Assembly: GCA_963520365.1 (NCBI GenBank) | Contig: CAUQQW010000002.1 | Span: 37-64,036 of the forward strand | Source: an uncultured Kingella sp. | Lineage (GTDB): Bacteria > Pseudomonadota > Gammaproteobacteria > Burkholderiales > Neisseriaceae | Reading direction: 5' to 3' | Length of the DNA stretch: 64,000 bases | Shown: positions 53,471 through 62,761 of the stretch, piece by piece | How positions within the stretch are numbered: the stretch's first letter is position 1 | Layout: every line of letters starts with the position of its first letter | Position numbers and translations under genes: made by a program | The notes under the pieces: model-generated | Told to the model about the DNA's origin: nothing | Database searches by the model: none | What the model saw: the letters and a program-made list of their open reading frames with translations, nothing else

Positions 53471-54568
53471 TTATATCGTCGCGGCATCAATATACGGCAC
53501 GCGATCATCCAGCGGATAGGGTTGGCGGTCAAATTGCACGGTAAACAGTTTGCCGCCGCTGGGGATGCTGGTGTAATCGGCGAGCGCAGCGCACAAGGGG
53601 TGGTGCTCGTGCAAGGCGGCGATTAGGTAATGCAGCCCTGTGCCGTGGCTGGCGCGGTAGGCATGGCGCAGCAGGGCGCGGAAGATGGCTAAATCATCGT
53701 TTTGCACGGCAATCAGCGAGAGATAGGCGTATTTTAACGCTGCGCCAGCATCAGGCAGCGCGGCAAGCGGGGTGAAGCGGGCTAGGGCGTTGTAAACAGG
53801 GCGAATCAAGCGCCATGCGCCGTGGTAGGCATCCACATGAATTTGGCGAAACGCGCTTTGTTGCCAGATGGCAAGCGTGCCAACGATTTCACCGTTTGCT
53901 TCGGCGATTAAGATGTTTTCAGGCTGCAAGCCACGCAGTCGCCCGTTGTGCAAATCGCTTTCGTGGTAAACAGGGGCGAATTGGTAACGGGCGTTTTCGC
54001 GGTTTAAAAACGCCACAATGGCAGACCAATCGGCAAGGCTGGCGCGGCGGATGGCGCAAGCAGCGGCGATGGCGGGCTTTTGCCAGCCCAATAAAATCAG
54101 CGGCGTGTGGATAATGCCTTGATGATGATAGGGCGGCAGACCTGCGCGTTGGGCGGCGATGGTGTCCAATGCGGCGCGGTTATCTTGCAAAATCATGCTG
54201 GTGTACACGGCGGCAGGCGCTTCGGCATGGCGTTGGCGCAGAAATTGATAGGCGCGGCGCAAGTGGATGCTGTTGCGATAGCGGTTTGCCACGCGCAAAT
54301 CGGCAAGGTAAATAATATCTTGCGCTTGCCCATTCAGATAAGCAGGAAAACGATAACGCGCACCCACGCCTGCCAGCGCACCTGTTTGGCTATCACGCCC
54401 AATAAACACTTCCGCGCTTTGCCCCAGCACGCGGCAGGCGGCAAAATAGGATGGCTCGCGACGAAAGGACAGCGTGAACCCGCCTTGCTGCATGGGGTTA
54501 TCGCGCAAGAGTTGGCGCAAATCGGCATCGTCGGCGGCTGTGGCAGCCTGAAAATGAACTTGGGGCAT
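53471..54568 (-). CDS. Tandem GNAT-like acyltransferase
   Basis: ATAADDADLRQL, FRREPSYF, YLADLRVANRYRN; second GNAT-like half starting IRRASLADWSAIVAFL. Confidence 0.65.
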   Translation of the reverse strand: MPQVHFQAATAADDADLRQLLRDNPMQQGGFTLSFRREPSYFAACRVLGQSAEVFIGRDSQTGALAGVGARYRFPAYLNGQAQDIIYLADLRVANRYRNSIHLRRAYQFLRQRHAEAPAAVYTSMILQDNRAALDTIAAQRAGLPPYHHQGIIHTPLILLGWQKPAIAAACAIRRASLADWSAIVAFLNRENARYQFAPVYHESDLHNGRLRGLQPENILIAEANGEIVGTLAIWQQSAFRQIHVDAYHGAWRLIRPVYNALARFTPLAALPDAGAALKYAYLSLIAVQNDDLAIFRALLRHAYRASHGTGLHYLIAALHEHHPLCAALADYTSIPSGGKLFTVQFDRQPYPLDDRVPYIDAATI

Positions 54569-54633
54569 GGTGGGTGGGGTGGGGTGTAAAGTGGGTATAA
54601 TTGTACGCGTAAACTTGTTTTCAGGCTGCCGTT

Positions 54634-54927
54634 ATGTTCTCTAATCCTTCCCACGACGCTCGCCGTTATCAAGGCAAAAACGGCATCATCGGCGATGTTT
54701 TGATTACTGCCACAGGCAACCAGCGCATGAAACTCGCCGCCAAACTGATGCGCCAACACCAGCTTACGCGCGCGCAAGCACTCAACGCCGTTAAAAAACC
54801 GCCGATATGGTGGTGCGCAGGCTATTGGGCGGATGTGCAAGACGAATTTGCCCAACTGCAAAGCTGGGGGCTGGTTGTGCGCTTTGTGCCACATAACCCG
54901 CAGCCCGAACCGCATTGGGCAGCCTGA
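54634..54927 (+). CDS. Hypothetical protein
   Basis: 97-aa ORF upstream of the methyltransferase; its stop codon lies in a DUS. Confidence 0.4.
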   Translation: MFSNPSHDARRYQGKNGIIGDVLITATGNQRMKLAAKLMRQHQLTRAQALNAVKKPPIWWCAGYWADVQDEFAQLQSWGLVVRFVPHNPQPEPHWAA

Positions 54928-54968
54928 AACGCTGCTCCACGCCATCGCAACCCTTACCCCAAACAACC

Positions 54969-55556
54969 ATGTTCTCCACGCTCAAATCCATTTGGCAAGG
55001 CTTAACCCAAAAGGGCACGGTCTTCCCCCATCAGCTCGCGTTCACCCTGCTTATCCCGCTGCGCAATCTTGCCCTATCGCCACGTCAAGTGGTGGAACGG
55101 CTGCATTTGTCGCCACAACATCGCGTGCTGGAAGTGGGCTGCGGCGCGGGTTATTTCAGCCCTGCGCTGGCGCAAGCTGTGCCACAAGGGGAGCTGGTGT
55201 TGGCAGACATTCAGCCAGAAATGCTTGCCTACGCGCAAAAGCGGCTGGCAAAACGCGGCATCGGCAATGCGCAATATTATCTATGCCACGGCACGCAGTT
55301 TGACTTTCCCAGCCGCAGCTTTGACCGCATCGTGTTGATTACCGTGCTGGGCGAAATTGCCGACCAAGCTGCCTATTTGCAAGAATTCCACCGCCTGCTG
55401 CGCCCCAATGGCATCGTTTCCATCTCCGAAACCGCAGGCGACCCCGATAAATTATCCCGCGCCGAATTAACCGCGCTGATGCAGTCGCACCAATTTGCCC
55501 TTGCCCAAAGCTACGGCACGGAAAAGAACTACACGCTTAATTTTCAGGCTGCCTAA
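54969..55556 (+). CDS. Class I SAM-dependent methyltransferase
   Basis: VLEVGCGAGYF, ADIQPEML, SFDRI, RLLRPNG. Confidence 0.9.
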   Translation: MFSTLKSIWQGLTQKGTVFPHQLAFTLLIPLRNLALSPRQVVERLHLSPQHRVLEVGCGAGYFSPALAQAVPQGELVLADIQPEMLAYAQKRLAKRGIGNAQYYLCHGTQFDFPSRSFDRIVLITVLGEIADQAAYLQEFHRLLRPNGIVSISETAGDPDKLSRAELTALMQSHQFALAQSYGTEKNYTLNFQAA

Positions 55557-55681
55557 TCGTTATCGTTTTGGCTGCGCTCAATCTGGTAAACATACTTTCA
55601 GGCTGCCTGAAAACCCATTTTGCCAACTGCACCACCATCCCGTCGCCCAAAAAACAACCACGCCCCAACAAGGAACACTCC

Positions 55682-56689
55682 ATGTCGCTCAAAAACCATT
55701 GGTACATCGCCACCACCGAAGCCGCCGTGCGCAAAAAGCCCCAAGCCGTGCAAATCTTCGGGCAACACTACGTCGTCTTCCACACCCAAAACAACCAATA
55801 CGCCGCCTTGCTGGATTGCTGCCCGCACCGCAACGTGCCGCTATCAGGTGGCAAAGCCATCAGCGGCAACATAGAATGCCCCTACCACGGCTGGCAATTT
55901 GACGGTGCAGGCAAGCTCGCCCACATCCCCGCCACGCCCAGCTGCTGCCATGACGTTCGCATCCCCACCGCCCGCGCCATCGCCCAAGACGGCTATGTTT
56001 GGCTCTGCATCGGCGAGCCGGCCAACGAAAAACCCCTGCCCTTCCCGCATTGCAACGAAGCAGGCTGGACCACCTTCCGCATGAACAAACACTTCCACGC
56101 CCCCGTTGCCCAATGCTTGGAAAACTTCCTAGACTGCCCGCACGCCGTGTATGTGCACCGCGGCTTGTTTCGCAGCCCCACCCGCCAAGTGATGCAAGCC
56201 GAGCTGCGCTATCTGGATGACGGCGCCGAAGTGGAATACCACGGCGAGCCCCGCCAAAAAAGCGTGGTGTGGGACACCTTGCAAAACAGCCAAACCCAAA
56301 TGCGCCACACCGACCGCTTCATCGCCCCCAACACATCGCGCGTGGACTACATCTTCTCCGACAGCAAGCACTACATCATCACATCATCCTGTACGCCAAT
56401 TAACGACAACGAAACCCAAGTGCACACCGTAATCAGCTATAAATACGGCAAACTCGCCCCACTGATTCGCCTGTTTTTCCAGCCCCTATCGCACATCATC
56501 ATCGGGCAAGACATCAAAATGCTCAAACGCCAGCACGACACCATCCAACGCTTCGGCGGCAAACCGCGCTTCTACCGCAGCCACGCCGATTTGCTGCTGC
56601 CCGCCATAGAAGCATGGCGCAAAGCCCTAGACGAAAACACCGCCCCACCCGAAGCAGGCAAAAGCGAAATGCGCGAGTTGTTTTTGTGA
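55682..56689 (+). CDS. Rieske non-heme iron oxygenase (VanA/KshA/CAO-like)
   Basis: CPHRNVPLS...CPYHGWQF Rieske motif; ENFLDCPHAVYVH mononuclear Fe motif; GQD. Confidence 0.9.
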   Translation: MSLKNHWYIATTEAAVRKKPQAVQIFGQHYVVFHTQNNQYAALLDCCPHRNVPLSGGKAISGNIECPYHGWQFDGAGKLAHIPATPSCCHDVRIPTARAIAQDGYVWLCIGEPANEKPLPFPHCNEAGWTTFRMNKHFHAPVAQCLENFLDCPHAVYVHRGLFRSPTRQVMQAELRYLDDGAEVEYHGEPRQKSVVWDTLQNSQTQMRHTDRFIAPNTSRVDYIFSDSKHYIITSSCTPINDNETQVHTVISYKYGKLAPLIRLFFQPLSHIIIGQDIKMLKRQHDTIQRFGGKPRFYRSHADLLLPAIEAWRKALDENTAPPEAGKSEMRELFL

Positions 56690-56771
56690 ACAAGATCGCG
56701 GGCGGATAGGCAAACGCCAAAGGCAGCCTGAAACGAAGTTTGCGCACTTGTTTTCAGGCTGCCTAATGGAT

Positions 56772-56865
56772 GGAGCGTCGGCGGCTCGCCAACATAATTA
56801 GCAACCACGCCATAGCAATTCATGTTTACATCAACCGCCCTATGGCAACAAGCCATCGCCACGCC
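56772..56865. repeat. REPIN-like element, inverted copy of 52249-52341
   Basis: GGAGCGTCGGCGGCTCGCCAAC ... GGCAACAAGCCATCGCCACGCC with the shared spacer CAATTCATGTTTACATCAACCGC. Confidence 0.7.
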
Positions 56866-56978
56866 AAAAGGCAGCCTGAAAAACGCCGCAAATTTGTTTT
56901 AGCTTTGTAACTCCGCTTCGCTAAGCAGGCTGCCTGAATGCTAAAATCGCCCCCTTTGCAAAAGCCCATCCGCGCCCC

Positions 56979-58784
56979 ATGACCACCGCCCAACAAATCC
57001 TTCAAGACACCTTCGGCTACCCCAATTTTCGCGGCAACCAAGCCCAAATCATTGACACCATCGCCCAAGGCAACAGCGCCTTCGTGTTGATGCCCACAGG
57101 CGGCGGCAAATCCCTGTGCTACCAAATCCCCGCCCTGATGCGCGAAGGCGTTGCCATCATCGTCTCACCGCTGATTGCGCTGATGGACGACCAAGTCGCC
57201 AACGCCCGCGCCGTTGGTATCCACGCCGCCGCCGTGCACAGCGGCACTGCGCCCGACACCGTGCGCCAAATCGCCGAAGACATCGATTCAGGCAGCCTGA
57301 AACTGCTCTACGTTTCCCCCGAACGCCTTACCACCGAAAAATTCCTGCGCTTTTTAGACCACACCACCGTTAGCCTATTCGCCATCGACGAAGCCCATTG
57401 CGTGAGCCAATGGGGGCACGACTTTCGCCCCGAATACCAACAGCTCAGCATCCTAGCCACGCGCTATCCGCATATCCCCCGCATCGCCCTCACCGCCACC
57501 GCCGATGCCCAAACTCGGCTAGACATCAAACACTATTTGCAGCTAAACGACGCTGCCGAATTCATATCCAGCTTTGACCGCCCCAACATCCATTATCAAG
57601 TGATAGAACGGCAAAACGGCAAAAAGCAACTGCTGGATTTCATCCAAAAACAAGCCGCAGGGCAAAGCGGCATCGTCTATTGCCTAAGCCGCAAAAGCGT
57701 GGAAGACATCGCGCAATACCTGTGCGACAGTGGGCTCAACGCCTTGCCCTACCACGCAGGCTTGTCCATCCAAACCCGCAGCCAAAACCAACACCGCTTC
57801 ACGCACGAAGAAAACATCATCATCGTCGCCACCGTCGCTTTCGGCATGGGCATAGACAAGCCCGACGTGCGCTATGTCGCCCATTTGGATATGCCGCAAA
57901 GCATTGAGCATTTTTACCAAGAAAGCGGCAGGGCAGGGCGCGATGGCTTGCCCGCCACCAGCTGGCTGTGCTACGGTATGAACAATCTGATGCTGCTGCG
58001 CGAGCGCATCCAAGAAAGCACCGTCAGCGAGCAGCAAAAGCAGATTGAGCTGCAAAAGCTCCACGCCATGTTTGACATCTGCGAAACCGCCGATTGCCGC
58101 CGCGTGTTGCTGTTGCGCCATTTTGGCGAAGAAAGCCAGCCCTGCGGCAATTGCGACAACTGCCAGCATCCGCCCATCCGCTTTGATGCCACGGAGCTGG
58201 TGCAAAAGCTGTTGAGCTGCATTTACCGCGTGGGGCAGCAATACGCCGCAGGCTATGTGATTAACGTGTTGCGCGGCAAGGCAGACGATTGGATTACCCG
58301 CAACGGACACGAGCAATTAAGCACCTTCGGCATCGGCGCAGGCTTAACCGACAAAAACTGGCGCAACATCATCCGCCAATGCATCGGGCAAAACATCATC
58401 ACCGCCGATGTAAACCACCACCAAGCCCTGATGCTCACCCCCGCCGCCCGCCCCATACTAAAAGGCGAGCAAAGCGTGATGCTGCGCCCGCTGCAACGCA
58501 AAAAAGCCGCCACCCAATCAGGCAGCCTGAAAAGCCAATGGCTGCGCACCGAGCGCGAAGAGCGCATCTGGCAAGCCCTGCGCCAATGGCGGCTGGATCA
58601 AGCCAAGAGCGAAAACGTGCCCGCCTATGTGATTTGCGGCGACAAAACGCTGCAAGAAATCGTGCAACAGCAGCCGCAAAGTCTTGCCGATTTGCCCAAC
58701 ATCTACGGCTTGGGCGATGCCAAAATCGCCAAATATGGGCAAGCGATATTGGATGTTTATTTGCCGCTGCATGGGCAGGAATAG
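56979..58784 (+). CDS. recQ: DNA helicase RecQ (single HRDC)
   Basis: MPTGGGKSLCYQ, DEAHCVSQWGHDFRPEY, QESGRAGRDG, RQC CGNCDNC, HRDC. Confidence 0.98.
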   Translation: MTTAQQILQDTFGYPNFRGNQAQIIDTIAQGNSAFVLMPTGGGKSLCYQIPALMREGVAIIVSPLIALMDDQVANARAVGIHAAAVHSGTAPDTVRQIAEDIDSGSLKLLYVSPERLTTEKFLRFLDHTTVSLFAIDEAHCVSQWGHDFRPEYQQLSILATRYPHIPRIALTATADAQTRLDIKHYLQLNDAAEFISSFDRPNIHYQVIERQNGKKQLLDFIQKQAAGQSGIVYCLSRKSVEDIAQYLCDSGLNALPYHAGLSIQTRSQNQHRFTHEENIIIVATVAFGMGIDKPDVRYVAHLDMPQSIEHFYQESGRAGRDGLPATSWLCYGMNNLMLLRERIQESTVSEQQKQIELQKLHAMFDICETADCRRVLLLRHFGEESQPCGNCDNCQHPPIRFDATELVQKLLSCIYRVGQQYAAGYVINVLRGKADDWITRNGHEQLSTFGIGAGLTDKNWRNIIRQCIGQNIITADVNHHQALMLTPAARPILKGEQSVMLRPLQRKKAATQSGSLKSQWLRTEREERIWQALRQWRLDQAKSENVPAYVICGDKTLQEIVQQQPQSLADLPNIYGLGDAKIAKYGQAILDVYLPLHGQE

Positions 58785-58847
58785 GGCGCGCTTAGGCAGC
58801 CTGAAAGCGAGCAACGCGAGCTTCTGCGAAGCTAAAACCACCCCAAT

Positions 58848-58928
58848 GGAGCGTCGGCGGCTCGCCGACATTTTGGTAAACCAACCATGCTCTGTTTGAA
58901 GCTGTTGGCGACGAGCCATCGCCGCTCC
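58848..58928. repeat. REPIN-like element
   Basis: GGAGCGTCGGCGGCTCGCCGAC ... GGCGACGAGCCATCGCCGCTCC. Confidence 0.7.
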
Positions 58929-59051
58929 ACTCTGTTTCAGGCTGCCTGTTAGTCCACAAAAATAAAGTCAGCAATAAATTGCCCACCCCCGAAAAGGCAG
59001 CCTGAAAACTATTTTTCCCCTTTTCACAACCCCAAACCACCCACACCCACC

Positions 59052-60044
59052 ATGACCCCCAACTGGAAACACTACCCCCAAACCTGGTACGCCGTCGCCA
59101 TCGCCCACCAGCTCAAACCCAAACAAATCCTATCAGGGCAACTGGGCGGCTTGCATTATGTTGTTTACCGCAGCGAAACAGGCAGCCTGAAAGCCGCCGA
59201 CGCCTTCTGCCCGCACATGGGCGCGCACCTAAAAGGCGGCAAAGTCGTGCAAGATGCCATCGCCTGCGGGCTGCACGGCTGCCACATCATCCCGCAAAAC
59301 CAAAACGCCGCCGCCCCGCCCGTAACCCAAGCCGTGCAACAAGGCTGCTGCATCGCCACCCGCGCATGGCACGTGATAGAACGCTTCGGGCTGGTGTGGC
59401 TCTATCCGCCCACGCCAGAAGCCCCCAGCATCCCCCCGTTTAACATGGTGGACGAATCCGCCCACATCTGGGCGCACACCAGCCGCCTAATCTCCGCCGA
59501 CTGGCGCGCCATGATTTGCAACGGCTTTGATATTTCCCACATGCAAACCGTGCACCAACGGCAAATCGTCGGCGAGCCACAGTTTTTCAGGCTGCCCGAT
59601 GGCGACAACCGCCCGCAAGGCTTTTATATGGACTACCAAAGCCGCGTGCTGGAACACGGCGACTGGTCAAGCGCCGTGATTCAAAAACTATCAGGCGGAA
59701 CGCTCAAACTGCGCCACACCTGCATCGGCACCGCCGTGATGGTGGAAAGCACCGTCGGCGCGTTTCAAACCATCGGCATCTTCGCCACCCTGCCGCAAGA
59801 TATGCCCAACACACCGCCCGAACAGCGCCAAACCCGCGCCTTTGCCGCCATCGCCATCCCCAAAACCGCACCCTATGCCCGCGCCCAACTCTTTGCCGCG
59901 CGCATGTTGTATCTCGCCTTTTTGCGCAAAGATTTCACCGTAGTGGAACACATGAGAATGCGGCTGGACGGCGTGGAAGACATCGGCGTGCGCACGGTGA
60001 GCGCGTTTCAATCGGAATTAGCAGAAATCCAACCCGAGCCGTAA
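59052..60044 (+). CDS. Rieske non-heme iron oxygenase (divergent)
   Basis: FCPHMGAHL...ACGLHG; NGFDISHMQTVH. Confidence 0.85.
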   Translation: MTPNWKHYPQTWYAVAIAHQLKPKQILSGQLGGLHYVVYRSETGSLKAADAFCPHMGAHLKGGKVVQDAIACGLHGCHIIPQNQNAAAPPVTQAVQQGCCIATRAWHVIERFGLVWLYPPTPEAPSIPPFNMVDESAHIWAHTSRLISADWRAMICNGFDISHMQTVHQRQIVGEPQFFRLPDGDNRPQGFYMDYQSRVLEHGDWSSAVIQKLSGGTLKLRHTCIGTAVMVESTVGAFQTIGIFATLPQDMPNTPPEQRQTRAFAAIAIPKTAPYARAQLFAARMLYLAFLRKDFTVVEHMRMRLDGVEDIGVRTVSAFQSELAEIQPEP

Positions 60045-60111
60045 AAACCGTTTTCAGGCTGCCTTATCGCCAGAGGCAGCCTGAAAACCTTGGAACCCGA
60101 AAGACATCATT

Positions 60112-60510
60112 ATGAGAACCAGCGTAACCTTCCGCTCCAAAGCCTTCCCAGCCGTAGCCAACGACACCATCAACGCCCCCACGCGCTACGGCAAAAAACT
60201 CGCCCAATGGCTTGTCGCCGAATTGCCCAAGCATGGCTTAGTCGTAAACGATTATTACGATGAAGACTGGGGCTGGGAAATTGAATTGGCAAACGCCGAC
60301 TTCCCACTGCATCTGGGCTGCGGCAATATGGACGGCGAAGAGGGCGCATTCTGCTGCTTTATCACGCCCAACCGCCCCACCCTCCGTCCCATCAAACGTC
60401 TGTTTCGCGCTATAGATACACGCCCTGCTGTGGACAAACTTGCTGCTGCACTGGATGCCGTGTTGCGCGCGCATCCACAAATCAGCGATATTGAATGGGA
60501 AGACGAATAG
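60112..60510 (+). CDS. Hypothetical protein
   Basis: 132-aa ORF; GKKLAQWL...EDWGW pattern. Confidence 0.65.
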   Translation: MRTSVTFRSKAFPAVANDTINAPTRYGKKLAQWLVAELPKHGLVVNDYYDEDWGWEIELANADFPLHLGCGNMDGEEGAFCCFITPNRPTLRPIKRLFRAIDTRPAVDKLAAALDAVLRAHPQISDIEWEDE

Positions 60511-60579
60511 GCAGCCTGAAACCGCGTTATCCCCCATTTTCAGGCTGCCTTTAAACTCTTTAAACCACAAGAAACCTCC

Positions 60580-60966
60580 ATGACCCAAAACACCCAATCC
60601 CTCAACACCCGCCAGCAAAAACGCATCGCCGCCCTTCGCGCCCGCAAAGTTTCGCTAATGAACAACAGCAAATGGGCGCGACTATTTAACACACTTTGGC
60701 ACGCCACAGGCTTGCAATACGCTCAAGCCAAACCCCTAGACAGCGACCAGCTATACGACATAGAACTAGAAATCTACTCCGACCAACATCGCGGCTACAC
60801 CAGCGATTGCACCGCGCCACCTATCGCGCTGGTGGAAATTGAATACATCATCATACCGCTGCCCCAAACCGTCTGCCGCCAAACCCTTGCCGCCGCGCTG
60901 GCAAAAAGCGGGCAGTATGAAACCGAGTGGCTTGCAGGCAGCCTGAAAGTGTATGGCTACCGCTAA
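60580..60966 (+). CDS. Hypothetical protein
   Basis: 128-aa ORF; SLMNNSKWARL...IEYI...KVYGYR. Confidence 0.65.
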   Translation: MTQNTQSLNTRQQKRIAALRARKVSLMNNSKWARLFNTLWHATGLQYAQAKPLDSDQLYDIELEIYSDQHRGYTSDCTAPPIALVEIEYIIIPLPQTVCRQTLAAALAKSGQYETEWLAGSLKVYGYR

Positions 60967-61044
60967 TCCGCGCGTCACGCCCTTTCAGAAGGCATCAAGG
61001 CAGCCTGAAAAGCCGTTCTGCCACTCCGCCGCAAAGGAACCCCT

Positions 61045-61548
61045 ATGCACCCCGAAACCCTGTTTCCCAAAAAATCCACTCCTGACGCCACGCCGCCCGA
61101 ACTTGCCGCTTTCAACAGTCCAAGCTATACAAACGCCCTTGCCGCCTTGGATTTAGCCTGCGAAACCTACGGCGACGCATCCCTGTTTAACACCGCCGAA
61201 GCCGTGCGCACCAACCGCTATTTATGGCAGGAATATCCCGAACTGCGCGGACAGTATTGGCAAATCGGCAGCTCGGGGCAGGGCGATTTCTGGCTGTTGC
61301 ACCGCGACGGCAACATCTGCTGGTACGACCACGATTTAGGCGAAATCACGTCCGCTGCCGTCGCTAATTTCGGCATCACCTTTGAACAGTTTTTGGAACT
61401 GTCCTGCTATCTCAACCAAACATGGCAAGCCATCGATGCCAACGAACACCATTTCGCCGTCTCCGCGCGCAGGCAGGATTTCGCCAACACGCTCAACCGC
61501 ATCGCGCCGAACTTGTTTGACCGCTATCCCTACCGCTATTTTGATTGA
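61045..61548 (+). CDS. Hypothetical protein, possibly SMI1/KNR4 (SUKH)-like
   Basis: YWQIGSSGQGDFWLL...ICWYDHD...TFEQFL; RBS AAGGA. Confidence 0.55.
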   Translation: MHPETLFPKKSTPDATPPELAAFNSPSYTNALAALDLACETYGDASLFNTAEAVRTNRYLWQEYPELRGQYWQIGSSGQGDFWLLHRDGNICWYDHDLGEITSAAVANFGITFEQFLELSCYLNQTWQAIDANEHHFAVSARRQDFANTLNRIAPNLFDRYPYRYFD

Positions 61549-61630
61549 CCGCTTTCAGGCTGCCCTTCAAACGGCATCAAAGCAGCCTGAAAAAACACAC
61601 CTTTCAGGCTGCCCAATCCATCATCCACCC

Positions 61631-62119
61631 ATGCAAAAATTCATTCTCCTACGCGGGCACGAAGGTGCAGGCAAAACCACCTACGCCGCCCAGCTCATCG
61701 CCCAATTCCAGCAAAACCACCCCCAAGCCCATATTGTCTATATAGACAACGACCAAGCGCTCACCGATGCGCAAGGCAATTACCATTTTGATTTTGAACA
61801 ATTTGCCGCCGCCCATCACCAAAACCAAGCCCGCCAGCAAGCCGCATTTGCCTACGGCAAAGCCCATCCGCAAGCGGATGTGCTCATCATCAACGCCAAT
61901 CCCAACCAAAAACGCAAAACCTGCGAAACCATGCTCGCCGCCGCCCGCGACCACGGCTTTATCACCGAAACCTACCGCCTGCACCACTTCTATCCCAATG
62001 TGCACAACGTATCGCCCGAAGATGTGGCAAAAAGCTACGAACGGCTTAATGCCAACCCTGTAGCAGGCGAAATCCACATCGGAAAAGTGGACGAAAAATC
62101 AACAAATTGCTATGATTAG
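61631..62119 (+). CDS. P-loop kinase/ATPase (AAA_33-like)
   Basis: ILLRGHEGAGKTT Walker A; HNVSPEDV. Confidence 0.75.
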   Translation: MQKFILLRGHEGAGKTTYAAQLIAQFQQNHPQAHIVYIDNDQALTDAQGNYHFDFEQFAAAHHQNQARQQAAFAYGKAHPQADVLIINANPNQKRKTCETMLAAARDHGFITETYRLHHFYPNVHNVSPEDVAKSYERLNANPVAGEIHIGKVDEKSTNCYD

Positions 62120-62177
62120 GCAGCCTGAAAACGCAGCAAAAATTTGATAAACCCTACCTTAAACTCAAAGGCGTAAT

Positions 62178-62594
62178 ATGCAGCCTAAAAACCCCATCAT
62201 CTTTACTTATATTGAATCAGAAGAGGAACAACTCATGCGTAATCTCAACACCCTGATGCACCGCATTTTCATGGACATCGAAGGCGTAACCGACTCCGCG
62301 CTGGTGGATGGCGCCGCAGGCAAATTGATGAAACACGAAGGCACGCACACCGATTTTGACAGCCTAACCCACGGCATCGTCGCCATCTACAACTTCAAAA
62401 CCCGCATCTCACGCGCCCTGCAAACCAAAGAGCCGATGGAATATTTCTGGGTAACGCTGCACAGCCAGCACCACATTTTCTACCCCATCCCCATGCGCCC
62501 GCATATGTTTATCTACATCGCCGTAGATAAAACCAGCACCATGCCCACCAACGTTATCACCAAGCTCAAACAGCTCACCCTGCCCACCGACTAA
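62178..62594 (+). CDS. Roadblock/LC7-like protein (orphan)
   Basis: IEGVTDSALVDGAAGKLM...EYFWVTLHSQHHIFYP...FIYIAVDK fits a roadblock-fold pattern; the true start may be the ATG at 62235. Confidence 0.6.
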   Translation: MQPKNPIIFTYIESEEEQLMRNLNTLMHRIFMDIEGVTDSALVDGAAGKLMKHEGTHTDFDSLTHGIVAIYNFKTRISRALQTKEPMEYFWVTLHSQHHIFYPIPMRPHMFIYIAVDKTSTMPTNVITKLKQLTLPTD

Positions 62595-62687
62595 TCCCAT
62601 GCCAATGCAGTAAGCCAGTTTTCCGATTGGCGATCCCCATTTTCAGGCTGCCTCACGCCGCACAGCATCCATCAAGCAGCCTGAAAA

Positions 62688-62715
62688 CTTGAAAACTCCG
62701 CCCACCGCCCCTAAT
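62688..62715 (+). promoter_or_regulatory. Putative sigma-32 (RpoH) promoter of grpE
   Basis: CTTGAA-N14-CCCCTAAT. Confidence 0.65.
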
Positions 62716-62761
62716 TAAAGGCACCAACATGAAATACAACCCATTCAAAAAAGGCAAAAAA

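Noticed and set aside
50580..58928. REP/DUS repeats as a possible CRISPR array
   Set aside because: Copies are dispersed and inverted, not direct repeats with regular unique spacers; no cas genes in the window
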